Source: Minisyncoccota bacterium (GTDB lineage: Bacteria; Patescibacteriota; Minisyncoccia; Phycocordibacterales; UBA9973). From it: 64,000 nt of DNA. Where the stretch lies: assembly GCA_035714785.1 (NCBI GenBank), contig DASTLQ010000011.1, positions 6,124-70,123 on the forward strand, read 5' to 3'. Under the pieces are notes generated by a model. It was given only the letters and a program-made list of their open reading frames with translations, did not search any database and was not told the DNA's origin. The stretch's first letter is position 1, and each line of letters begins with the position of its first letter. Positions 17,644 through 26,175 of the stretch are shown one piece after another. The position numbers and the translations under genes were made by a program.

Positions 17644-18972
17644 ATGAGCAAAGAAGAAAAAAATGATTTAATGGAAAAGATCGTGTCGCTATGTAAGCGT
17701 CGCGGTTTTGTGTTTCAAGGGTCCGAAGTTTACGGAGGGTTGGCGGGTACTTGGGATTACGGACACTTTGGGGTAGCTTTGCGAAATAATATAAAAAATT
17801 ATTGGTGGAAAAGATTTGTGGATGGCCGGAGAGATATGTATGGAGTAGATGCAGCCATCTTGATGCGCGAAGAGGTTTGGCAAAATGCTGGACACGTAGA
17901 AAATTTTACTGATCCACTAGTAGAGTGTGAAAAATGTAAGCGCCGTTTTCGTGCAGACCAGCTCGAAGAGAAAGATTGTTGCTTGGACTGCGAGGGCAAG
18001 CTTGGCGAAGCGCGTCAATTTAACATGATGTTTGAGACAAAAGTGGGTGCATCGGAAGATTCGGCTGCTGTCTCGTACCTTCGTCCAGAAACTGCTCAAG
18101 GAATGTTTGTAAATTTTAAAAATACCGTGGACGCTTTTCATCCAAAGTTGCCATTTGGAATGGCTCAGATAGGAAAGGCTTTTAGAAATGAAATCACTCC
18201 GCGCGATTTTCTTTTTCGTCAGAGAGAATTTGAGCAGATGGAAATAGAATACTTTGTACGTCCCGAAGATTGGGAAAAATATTTTGAATATTGGAAAGAT
18301 GAGATGCTCGAATGGATGGAAGAAGTGGGAATAGATATGAATAAAGTGCATGAGCTTGAAGTGCCCGACGAAGACCGAGCGCACTACTCCAAGCGCACCG
18401 TAGACTTTGAGTTTGAATATCCTTTTGGGAAAAAAGAACTTTTTGGATTGGCATATCGCACCGATTTTGATCTTACTAATCACAAACTCGAATATGTAGA
18501 TGAAGATTCTTCGGCTGGCGTAGGTGGAAAAAGCGCAGGTGGTAAAATGGTGCCCCATGTGATTGAGCCGACTTTCGGATTAGACCGAGCGATGCTTGCC
18601 CTTGTGCTTTCTGCCTATACTGAAGAAGAAAAAGGAGGGGAAACTCGCGCCTTTTTGAAATTTAAACCTCATATCGCGCCTGTCATTTGCGCCGTGTCTC
18701 CGCTTTTGAAAAATAAGCCAGAGCTCGTAGAGTATGCTAATGCAAAAGTTTTCGCACCTTTGAAGGCTAAGTTTGGACGAGTGGCATGGGACGACAACGG
18801 CAACATCGGAAAGCGATATCGCCGACAGGATGAAATCGGTACTCCATGGTGCATCGTGGTTGATTTTGATACTCTCTCGGATGACACCGTCACAGTCCGA
18901 GATCGCGATACAGGTGAGCAGGAAAGAGTAAAAGTAAGCGACCTTTCTTCTTATATAGAAGAAAAAATCTAA
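17644..18972 (+). CDS. glyQS: glycine--tRNA ligase (alpha2 dimeric type)
   Basis: RRGFVFQGSEVYGGLAGTWDYG.. and class II motifs. Contains a Cys4 knuckle (CEKCKRRF..CCLDCEGK). Confidence 0.9.
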   Translation: MSKEEKNDLMEKIVSLCKRRGFVFQGSEVYGGLAGTWDYGHFGVALRNNIKNYWWKRFVDGRRDMYGVDAAILMREEVWQNAGHVENFTDPLVECEKCKRRFRADQLEEKDCCLDCEGKLGEARQFNMMFETKVGASEDSAAVSYLRPETAQGMFVNFKNTVDAFHPKLPFGMAQIGKAFRNEITPRDFLFRQREFEQMEIEYFVRPEDWEKYFEYWKDEMLEWMEEVGIDMNKVHELEVPDEDRAHYSKRTVDFEFEYPFGKKELFGLAYRTDFDLTNHKLEYVDEDSSAGVGGKSAGGKMVPHVIEPTFGLDRAMLALVLSAYTEEEKGGETRAFLKFKPHIAPVICAVSPLLKNKPELVEYANAKVFAPLKAKFGRVAWDDNGNIGKRYRRQDEIGTPWCIVVDFDTLSDDTVTVRDRDTGEQERVKVSDLSSYIEEKI

Positions 18973-18974
18973 TT

Positions 18975-20243
18975 ATGAAAATATCAAAGAAAATCTTACC
19001 AAACGGCTTGCGGGTGGTGACTATTCCGATGAAGGACAATCCTACCGTCACCGCGCTAGTGCTGGTGGAAGCTGGATCAAAATATGAAGACAAGCGAGTA
19101 AATGGAATTTCGCACTTTTTGGAACACATGTGTTTCAAAGGCACCGAGTCTCGCCCAAAAGCGATGACCATATTAAAAGAGCTAGACGCACTCGGGTGTT
19201 CTTACAATGCTTTTACATCGCAAGAATATACTGGCTACTATGCCAAGGCCGACGCTAAGCATTTTAAGAAGATTTTTGACGTAGTATCTGATATATATCT
19301 TCACTCTACTATGCCCGAAGAAGAAATATTGAAAGAGCGGGGAGTAGTGATCGAGGAAATAAATATGTACAAAGACATGCCTCACCGCCACGTGCAGGAT
19401 CTTTTTACATATCTTTTGTACGGCGACCAACCCGCAGGACGAAGTATTTTAGGAACAAAAGAAAATATCCTCAGTATGAATCGAAAGGATTTTCTGGAGT
19501 ATAAAAAAGCTCACTACTTGCCACAGGCGACTGTGATTGCAGTGGCGGGAAAAATCACCGAGAAAGAAGTACTTCGAGAAGCAAACAAGATTTTTGGTGG
19601 AATGAAAAAAGGTAAGAAGTCAGCTAAACCGAAAGTGATAGAAGGTCAAAAGAAACCAGCAATCCTACTAGAGTACAAGAAAACAGATCAGGCGCATTTT
19701 GTGCTGGGGTTCAGAAGTTTTTCGATGTTCGACAAGAGAAGTCCTGCGCTTTCCGTGCTATCGAGCGTTTTTGCGGGAGGAATGAGCTCGCGATTGTATG
19801 AGCGTCTGCGTGAAGAGATGGGAGTGGGGTACTATATGAATGCTTACAATGATACTTCTACCGATCACGGTGTATTTCAGATTTCAGCTGGAGTAGATAA
19901 AACTAGAATCAAAGAAGTGATCGAAGTAGTGCTTCGGGAATGTAAAAAGATAAAAGAAGAGGGGATATCAAGCGAAGAGCTTGCCCGCGCCAAGGAAATG
20001 CTAGTGGGCGGATTAAAGTTTGGGCTCGAATCCACCGATGATATCGCAAATTTTTACGGCGGACAGGAACTTTTGAAAAGAAAAATCTATACTGCCGATG
20101 AAAGAATCACTCGCATCAGGAAAGTCACTCAAAAAGAGGTACAGCAAGCCGCCGCCGATGTGTTCCAAGGCAAGACCTTAAGCATGGCCATGATCGGACC
20201 TTTCAAAAACTCCGACGAATTTTTAAAAATCCTAAAGTTCTGA
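18975..20243 (+). CDS. M16 family zinc peptidase (pitrilysin/insulinase-like)
   Basis: Inverted zinc motif HFLEHMCFKGT (HxxEH); 422 aa. Confidence 0.85.
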   Translation: MKISKKILPNGLRVVTIPMKDNPTVTALVLVEAGSKYEDKRVNGISHFLEHMCFKGTESRPKAMTILKELDALGCSYNAFTSQEYTGYYAKADAKHFKKIFDVVSDIYLHSTMPEEEILKERGVVIEEINMYKDMPHRHVQDLFTYLLYGDQPAGRSILGTKENILSMNRKDFLEYKKAHYLPQATVIAVAGKITEKEVLREANKIFGGMKKGKKSAKPKVIEGQKKPAILLEYKKTDQAHFVLGFRSFSMFDKRSPALSVLSSVFAGGMSSRLYERLREEMGVGYYMNAYNDTSTDHGVFQISAGVDKTRIKEVIEVVLRECKKIKEEGISSEELARAKEMLVGGLKFGLESTDDIANFYGGQELLKRKIYTADERITRIRKVTQKEVQQAAADVFQGKTLSMAMIGPFKNSDEFLKILKF

Positions 20244-20246
20244 TAA

Positions 20247-20340
20247 AGTGTAAGGTGTAAGGGGCCCGGCGCAGGGTAAGGGGTCCCCTTACACTTTATC
20301 CACACCCTGTGGATAACATGCAAGGGGACCCCTTACCCCT
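20247..20340. repeat. family A repeat cluster (M16 peptidase-metG intergenic)
   Basis: GTGTAAGGTGTAAGGGGCCCGGCGCAGGGTAAGGGGTCCCCTTACACTTTATCCACACCCTGTGGATAACATGCAAGGGGACCCCTTACCCC. Confidence 0.9.
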
Positions 20341-20344
20341 AAAT

Positions 20345-21778
20345 ATGAAAAAAACATTCTATCTCACAACGACGCTTCCATACGTAAATGCCCCTCTTCA
20401 TATGGGACACGCCCTTGAGTTTGTACGGGCGGATGCGGTGGTACGTTATAAGCGTTGGACAGGAAATGAGGTCTTTTTTAATACGGGAACTGATGAGCAT
20501 GGTGCAAAAATCTTTGAAAAAGCCAGCGAAGCAGGAATGACGGCGCAGGAATTTGTGGACAAAGGATTTCAGGAGTTCAAAGAATCGCTTTCAATGTTTG
20601 GCATGTCGGAGGACATTCATTTCATCCGCACTACGGATGAAAATCATATAGAAGCGGCTCAAGAATTTTGGCGCCGTTGCGACAAGGCTGGATATATTTA
20701 TAAAAAGAATTACCAAATCAAATATTGTATCGGTTGTGAGTCCGAAAAATCAGATTCTGAGCTCGAAGATGGCAAATGCACTATTCATCCTGATCGCGCA
20801 CTTGAGCTCATCAGCGAAGAAAACTATTTTTTCAAATATTCTGAGTTCGGCGATAAATTGCTCGAATTTTATGAAAAGAATCCAGATTTTGTGGTGCCAG
20901 ATTTTCGTTTTAATGAAGTAAAAAATTTCGTGCGCACGGGTTTGCAGGATTTTTCAATATCTCGCCTGAAAGAAAAGATGCCATGGGGCGTACCAGTACC
21001 GGGGGATGACACTCAGGTGATGTATGTCTGGTTTGATGCGCTTACAAACTATATTTCTACCTTGGGTTGGCCAACAGAAGGAGGTGATTTTGAAAAATTC
21101 TGGGTAAATGGAACTCCTACTCAGTATTGCGGAAAGGACAACACTCGCTTTCAGGCAGCTATGTGGCAAGCGATGCTCATGGGTGCAGGTGTGCCAAATT
21201 CTCGTCAAATAATAGTAAACGGATTCATCATGGGTGGCGGAGGAGTAAAGATGTCAAAGTCTCTTGGAAATGTAGTAGATCCAAAAGATGTGGCTAGCCA
21301 ATATGGCACCGAGGCACTGCGATATTTTCTTTTAGGTGAAGTCGGAAGCTTTGAGGATAGTCCTTTTACCATAGAGCGTTTTAGCGATGCATACAATGCT
21401 AAGCTTTCAAACGGTCTCGGCAATCAGGCGTCCAGAATACTTGCTCTTTCAGAAAAGTATTTAGAAAAAGCTCCGCAGATTTCTGAGGGAGAATATAGCG
21501 AGTATCAAGAAATTTTTGAAAGTTACGATTTAAAGAAGGCGGTAGATTACATATGGGAAAAAATTTCCGCGCTGGATAAGTTTATACAAGAAACGGAACC
21601 ATTCAAAGTGATTAAGAACGATGAGCAGGCCGGCAGGGAACTACTTTCTAAAATGATCGTGGATCTTTATCATATTGCAGAAATGCTGACACCAATCATG
21701 CCCGTGACCTCCGAAAAAATTAAAAGTTTAATCAAGCAGAACAAAAAACCCGAAGCACCCCTCTTTCCCCGCCTCTAG
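20345..21778 (+). CDS. metG: methionine--tRNA ligase (short form without C-terminal tRNA-binding domain)
   Basis: PYVNAPLHMGHAL (HIGH) and KMSKSLGN. The ORF track start 20309 (MDNMQGDPLPLN) lies in the palindromic repeat, so the start is moved to ATG 20345 (MKKTFYLTT). Confidence 0.9.
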   Translation: MKKTFYLTTTLPYVNAPLHMGHALEFVRADAVVRYKRWTGNEVFFNTGTDEHGAKIFEKASEAGMTAQEFVDKGFQEFKESLSMFGMSEDIHFIRTTDENHIEAAQEFWRRCDKAGYIYKKNYQIKYCIGCESEKSDSELEDGKCTIHPDRALELISEENYFFKYSEFGDKLLEFYEKNPDFVVPDFRFNEVKNFVRTGLQDFSISRLKEKMPWGVPVPGDDTQVMYVWFDALTNYISTLGWPTEGGDFEKFWVNGTPTQYCGKDNTRFQAAMWQAMLMGAGVPNSRQIIVNGFIMGGGGVKMSKSLGNVVDPKDVASQYGTEALRYFLLGEVGSFEDSPFTIERFSDAYNAKLSNGLGNQASRILALSEKYLEKAPQISEGEYSEYQEIFESYDLKKAVDYIWEKISALDKFIQETEPFKVIKNDEQAGRELLSKMIVDLYHIAEMLTPIMPVTSEKIKSLIKQNKKPEAPLFPRL

Positions 21779-21848
21779 GGTAAGGGGTCCCCTTACACTT
21801 TATCCACACCCTGTGGATAACATGCAAGGGGACCCCTTACCCTTACAC
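21778..21848. repeat. family A repeat (metG-tatD intergenic)
   Basis: GGGTAAGGGGTCCCCTTACACTTTATCCACACCCTGTGGATAACATGCAAGGGGACCCCTTACCCTTACAC. Nearly identical to the 20280-20340 copy. Confidence 0.9.
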
Positions 21849-21849
21849 T

Positions 21850-22698
21850 ATGAAATACATAGACATACATGGACATGTGAACTTCAAAGCCTACGACGAG
21901 GATCGTGGTGAGGTGGTGAAGCGTGCGCTTGAGGCAAACACTTGGATGATTTCCGTTGGTACCCAGCTCGATACTTCAGAAAAAGCAGTGGAGATGGCGC
22001 ACCAATACTCTGAAGGAGTATACGCTATCGTAGGTCTCCATCCAATTCACACTAGCGCATCATTTCACGACGAAAAAGAGCTTGGAAAGGTAGGCGCGGG
22101 CGAAGAAGCTGGGTTTACTTCTCGCGGAGAAATTTTTGATAAAGAAAAATACAGAAAACTTTTAGCTGACCCAAAGACGGTGGCCATAGGTGAATGCGGG
22201 CTAGACTACTATCGTCTCGAAGCAGACTCAATTGAAAGACAAAAAGAAGCATTCATCGCTCAGATAGAGCTCGCAAACGAAATAGGCAAGCCCATCATGC
22301 TTCATATTAGAAACAATAAAGAAGATCCGACCAGAAACGCATATCGGGACAGTCTCGATCTATTAAAGGAGCACGCCAAAGTAAAAGGAAACGTGCATTT
22401 TTTTGCAGGAACATGGGAAGACGCCAAAGCTTTTCTAGATTTTGGATTCACTATTTCTTTTACGGGAGTAATTACCTTTGCGCGCGACTACGATGAAATA
22501 ATCAGGAATACGCCGCTCGACATGATCATGTCTGAGACCGATTGCCCGTATCTAACACCCACTCCATACAGAGGAAAACGCAACGAACCAGTCTATGTGT
22601 GCGAAGTCACTAAAAAAATAGCCGAAATCAAGGGAATATCTGAAGAGGAGGCGTCGGAAGCTATTTTTGCGAACGCAAAGAGAGTTTTCGGCATATAA
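21850..22698 (+). CDS. tatD: TatD family metal-dependent hydrolase/DNase
   Basis: IDIHGHVNF, GECGLDYYR and FAGTWEDA..ETDCPYLTP motifs of the TatD family. Confidence 0.85.
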   Translation: MKYIDIHGHVNFKAYDEDRGEVVKRALEANTWMISVGTQLDTSEKAVEMAHQYSEGVYAIVGLHPIHTSASFHDEKELGKVGAGEEAGFTSRGEIFDKEKYRKLLADPKTVAIGECGLDYYRLEADSIERQKEAFIAQIELANEIGKPIMLHIRNNKEDPTRNAYRDSLDLLKEHAKVKGNVHFFAGTWEDAKAFLDFGFTISFTGVITFARDYDEIIRNTPLDMIMSETDCPYLTPTPYRGKRNEPVYVCEVTKKIAEIKGISEEEASEAIFANAKRVFGI

Positions 22699-22746
22699 TC
22701 GGCCATAAATTGGACTTTTTGAAATCTATCTGCTAATATGTAGGCC

Positions 22747-23262
22747 ATGCCAGAAGCGGAAAATAATATAAATATAACACCCGAAGAAAACGGGAAGGAC
22801 GACAGCAAAAAAGTATATGAACTTGGCTATCTTTTCGTTCCTACTATCGCTGAGGAAAACGCCCCAGCCTTATTTGGCAACCTAAAAGAGCAGATTGAAA
22901 GCCTGGGCGGAGAGATTATTTCAAGCGAAATGCCTCGCATGATGCACCTAGCATACGTAATGAGCAAGGTCATCACAAACGTCCGTCACCGATTTGACAC
23001 AGCATATTTTGGCTGGATTAAATTTGACATGGAAGCAGATAAGCTCGCTACCCTAAAGAAACAGCTTGATTCAAATCCTGACCTTATCCGATTCCTCATC
23101 ACCAAGACTGTTCGAGAAAATACTTTGGCTCCAAAAAGATATGCGGGAAGCTCCGCCGGCCGACCTAGAATGGCGCCGGAAAGAAGGGAAGAAAAAGATG
23201 CTGCCCCTATCGATAAAGTGGAGATAGACAAAGAAATAGATGCCCTGGTAGAGGAAGCATAA
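22747..23262 (+). CDS. rpsF: 30S ribosomal protein S6 (with N- and C-terminal extensions)
   Basis: YELGYLFVP... core of S6. Sits in the rpsF-ssb-rpsR arrangement. Confidence 0.8.
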   Translation: MPEAENNINITPEENGKDDSKKVYELGYLFVPTIAEENAPALFGNLKEQIESLGGEIISSEMPRMMHLAYVMSKVITNVRHRFDTAYFGWIKFDMEADKLATLKKQLDSNPDLIRFLITKTVRENTLAPKRYAGSSAGRPRMAPERREEKDAAPIDKVEIDKEIDALVEEA

Positions 23263-23304
23263 TTATTAGCTAACCAGCCACCGGGATGGCGTTTATAAAA
23301 TAAA

Positions 23305-23751
23305 ATGTTTTTAAATAAAGTCATTTTAATAGGAAATCTTACTCGCGATCCGGAATTGCGCTCACTCCCTTCAGGAATAAAGGTCTGTTCTTTTTCTTTA
23401 GCTACCAATCGGGTATGGAAAGATAAAAACGGAGCTCGTCAGGAAGCCGCTGATTATCACAACGTAGTGGTTTTCGGTAGACAGGCTGAGACAGTAGCCC
23501 AATACATGAAGAAAGGAAACTCTCTTTTAGTAGAAGGTAGAATGCAGACTAGAAGTTGGGATGATAAATCAAGCGGTGAAAAGAAATATCGTACAGAAGT
23601 CATCGCAGACCGAACTCAATTTGGTCCAAAAGGAGGAGGAGGGGGAAGTACTAGCGGATCTGCTCCAAAAGCCGACTCACCAAAAGCTGATGAATTAGAT
23701 TCCATCGAATACCCAGAAGAAGATATAAATCCAGAAGACATTCCATTTTAA
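23305..23751 (+). CDS. ssb: single-stranded DNA-binding protein
   Basis: OB-fold NKVILIGNLTRDPELR...; Gly-rich tail ending in the acidic tip DIPF. Confidence 0.92.
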   Translation: MFLNKVILIGNLTRDPELRSLPSGIKVCSFSLATNRVWKDKNGARQEAADYHNVVVFGRQAETVAQYMKKGNSLLVEGRMQTRSWDDKSSGEKKYRTEVIADRTQFGPKGGGGGSTSGSAPKADSPKADELDSIEYPEEDINPEDIPF

Positions 23752-23769
23752 ACAAACAATAATAAAATT

Positions 23770-23970
23770 ATGAAACAAGATTACTTTTCAGCAAACAATA
23801 TAAAACATATAGACTATAAGGACGTAGATATTCTAAAGAGATTTTTGAATCCAAACGGAAAGATCGTCAGCCACAAGCGCACAGGTGTGACTTCAAAAAA
23901 TCAGCGCAAACTGGCCACTGCCGTAAAAAATGCTCGATTCCTCGGCCTGCTTCCTTTCATAGCCAAATAA
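23770..23970 (+). CDS. rpsR: 30S ribosomal protein S18
   Basis: IDYKDVDILKRFLNPNGKI..RTGVTSKNQRKLATAVKNARFLGLLPF. Confidence 0.92.
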   Translation: MKQDYFSANNIKHIDYKDVDILKRFLNPNGKIVSHKRTGVTSKNQRKLATAVKNARFLGLLPFIAK

Positions 23971-24027
23971 ATTAGAAACTAATACATAGCGGTCGATGGC
24001 TTACCACCTCGACCGCTTTAAGTTACC

Positions 24028-24603
24028 ATGTTGCAATACAACGAAATCAGAGAAAAGAAAATTATAATCCACAATGACGAACCCTGCGAAGTAGTGGATT
24101 CTCATGTAGCCCGCACCCAACAGCGAAAGCCTCAAAATCAGGTGAAGTTAAAGAGCTTGATTTCCGGCAAGACAATCGCTGCCACTTTCCATGTGTCTGA
24201 CTCTGCCGATGAAGCAGAAATTGAAAAAAGAGAAGTAAAATTTCTATACCAAAACCGCGGAGAATACTGGTTTTGCGATATCAATGATCCAAAAAACAGA
24301 TTCAAGCTCGAAGATTCTCTCATTGGCGAGTCTGGAAAGTTTCTGAAAGCAAACGAAAATGTACAAGTGCTGGTCTGGGATGACGATGGAGAAGAAAAGA
24401 CCATCAAGCTCGCACTTCCGATCAAGATAGAATTTAAAGTAAAAGAAGCCCCACCTGCAGTGAAAGGAAACACTGCTCAGGGTGGAAGCAAGATAGTGAC
24501 TCTCGAAAACGGCACCACTATCTCTACTCCTATGTTTATAAACGAGGGAGATATGATCAGAGTAAATACTGAAACAGGGGAATACGTGGAGAGAGTCAGC
24601 TAA
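24028..24603 (+). CDS. efp: elongation factor P
   Basis: 191 aa with the EF-P KOW-like and OB domains. K/R-rich loop around aa 30-35. Confidence 0.85.
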   Translation: MLQYNEIREKKIIIHNDEPCEVVDSHVARTQQRKPQNQVKLKSLISGKTIAATFHVSDSADEAEIEKREVKFLYQNRGEYWFCDINDPKNRFKLEDSLIGESGKFLKANENVQVLVWDDDGEEKTIKLALPIKIEFKVKEAPPAVKGNTAQGGSKIVTLENGTTISTPMFINEGDMIRVNTETGEYVERVS

Positions 24604-24630
24604 CCGTGCATATCCGCTAAGGGAGAACAT

Positions 24631-24742
24631 ACAAAACAAAAACAGCCTTCTCGAAATGTACGAAAAAATTCTGCTGAATTTTTTCTTTGCTCCGCGCCGT
24701 CGCGCTTCGCAAAACATTTCTCGAAGGCTGTTTTTATTTTGT
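24631..24742. terminator. large bidirectional hairpin between convergent efp and recA
   Basis: 29-bp inverted arms ACAAAACAAAAACAGCCTTCTCGAAATGT / ACATTTCTCGAAGGCTGTTTTTATTTTGT. They enclose an inner hairpin GAAAAAATT-CTGCTG-AATTTTTTC and a GC-rich element CTCCGCGCCGTCGCGCTTCGC. U-tracts on both sides. Confidence 0.6.
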
Positions 24743-24762
24743 ATCTTCTCCTTTTTGCGCCC

Positions 24763-25833
24763 CTACGCCTGCTCCGCAAACTTTTTGCGGATTTCTTTTA
24801 GTATTTGATCGGCAATTTTGTGATTTTCTTTCAAGAAAGTACGAGTAGAATCATATCCACGACCGAGCTTCACTTCTTCGCCTCCAGCCGGAGTGTATGA
24901 ATATGAGCTCCCGCTCTTTGAAAGTATCTGAAACTTTTCGCCGAGGGCGATGATTTCTCCTTCTTTGGAAATACCTTCGTTGTAGATGATATCAAATTCG
25001 GTCTGCTTAAACGGGGCGGCCACTTTGTTTTTGACCACTTTCACGCGGGTGCGAGAACCGACTACCTCTTCTCCTTTTTTGATTTGGGCAATCTTACGGA
25101 TATCCAAGCGTACAGAAGTATAAAACTTTAGGGCCTTTCCTCCCGGTGTTGTCTCCGGGTTCCCGAACATCACCCCAATCTGCATTCTGATCTGGTTGAT
25201 GAAAATCACCACAGTCTTGCTTCGTGCCACGATAGCAGTGAGCTTTCGTAGTGCCTGAGACATGAGGCGAGCCTGTTTTCCTACGTGGTATGCGCCCATA
25301 TCTCCCTCAATTTCGTCTTTTGGAGTGAGGGCAGCCACAGAGTCCACCACTATCACATCAATTTTTCCTGTGCGCACCAAGCTTTCCACTATTTCTAGCG
25401 CCTGTTCTCCTGTATCTGGCTGGGAAATCAAAAGCTCGTTTATGTTCACCCCAAGACGCTTAGAATATTCAGGATCCATAGCATGCTCAGCATCGATGTA
25501 AGCGCAGATGCCACCTTTCTTTTGTGCTTCAGCTACGATGTGGAGGGATAGGGTAGTCTTTCCGCTACTCTCTGGTCCAAATATCTCTATGATTCTTCCT
25601 CGAGGGATTCCTCCTACACCTAGAGCCATATCAAGACCGAGCGAGCCGGTAGGGATGACATTGATGTCCACCTTTGGGCTGTCGCCAAACTTCATGATAG
25701 ACCCTTCACCAAATTTGGTTTGCAGTGCTTTCAGGGTGTCGTCTAATATTGACGCGTCTCTTTTTTCGGCCTTAGCGTCGCTTGCTGGCTCGTTCTTTGC
25801 TTTTTTAGGCATAATGTTATTTTGCTTTCGCAA
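24763..25833 (-). CDS. recA: recombinase RecA
   Basis: [10 protein letters not shown] Walker A, IDAEHA and the typical RecA core; 356 aa. Confidence 0.97.
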   Translation of the reverse strand: MRKQNNIMPKKAKNEPASDAKAEKRDASILDDTLKALQTKFGEGSIMKFGDSPKVDINVIPTGSLGLDMALGVGGIPRGRIIEIFGPESSGKTTLSLHIVAEAQKKGGICAYIDAEHAMDPEYSKRLGVNINELLISQPDTGEQALEIVESLVRTGKIDVIVVDSVAALTPKDEIEGDMGAYHVGKQARLMSQALRKLTAIVARSKTVVIFINQIRMQIGVMFGNPETTPGGKALKFYTSVRLDIRKIAQIKKGEEVVGSRTRVKVVKNKVAAPFKQTEFDIIYNEGISKEGEIIALGEKFQILSKSGSSYSYTPAGGEEVKLGRGYDSTRTFLKENHKIADQILKEIRKKFAEQA

Positions 25834-26173
25834 AAATTAACTGATAATTTTTTTCATCTCTGTTGCCGAATTTGTCCTTCGCCTGGATGTTGACCATATT
25901 ATAACCCGGGAGGAAGGCGATTGCTTCATGAAAATTTCCTTCCTGATCTATCCATATTTCACGGCCGTTAATGCTGATCTCTATCGCATTCTTGGCATTT
26001 CCTCTAATCACAAAGATGCTTTCTTCGATCACAGCTCCTTCGGAAATATTTATATCCTTAATCTTTACCCCAAACAAAAGACCGCTTGCTCTAAATGTAC
26101 CGTATCCCAAGATGAACAAGAGAAGAATAGAGAGGGAAACGATGCGAGCTATCTTTTTTCCATCGGTAGTCAT
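25817..26173 (-). CDS. hypothetical small membrane-anchored protein
   Basis: 118 aa with an N-terminal TM helix then a beta-rich domain. Lies between ftsK and recA on the same strand; 17 nt overlap with the recA start. Confidence 0.4.
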   Translation of the reverse strand: MTTDGKKIARIVSLSILLLFILGYGTFRASGLLFGVKIKDINISEGAVIEESIFVIRGNAKNAIEISINGREIWIDQEGNFHEAIAFLPGYNMVNIQAKDKFGNRDEKNYQLIFAKAK

Positions 26174-26175
26174 AG

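Noticed and set aside
17917-18558. 213-aa antisense ORF inside glyQS (and similar long antisense ORFs at 10718-11203, 12935-13300, 32001-32573, 37445-37957, 38012-38419)
   Set aside because: Entirely embedded opposite to high-confidence conserved genes. AT-rich genomes generate long antisense ORFs by chance (Lys/Phe/Ile-rich), and they lack motifs.
23985-24015. Perfect 9-bp-stem hairpin AGCGGTCGA-N12-TCGACCGCT between rpsR and efp as terminator or attenuator
   Set aside because: No U-tract follows and it lies 15 nt before the efp start. It may be an RNA structure affecting efp translation, but the evidence is insufficient to call a feature.
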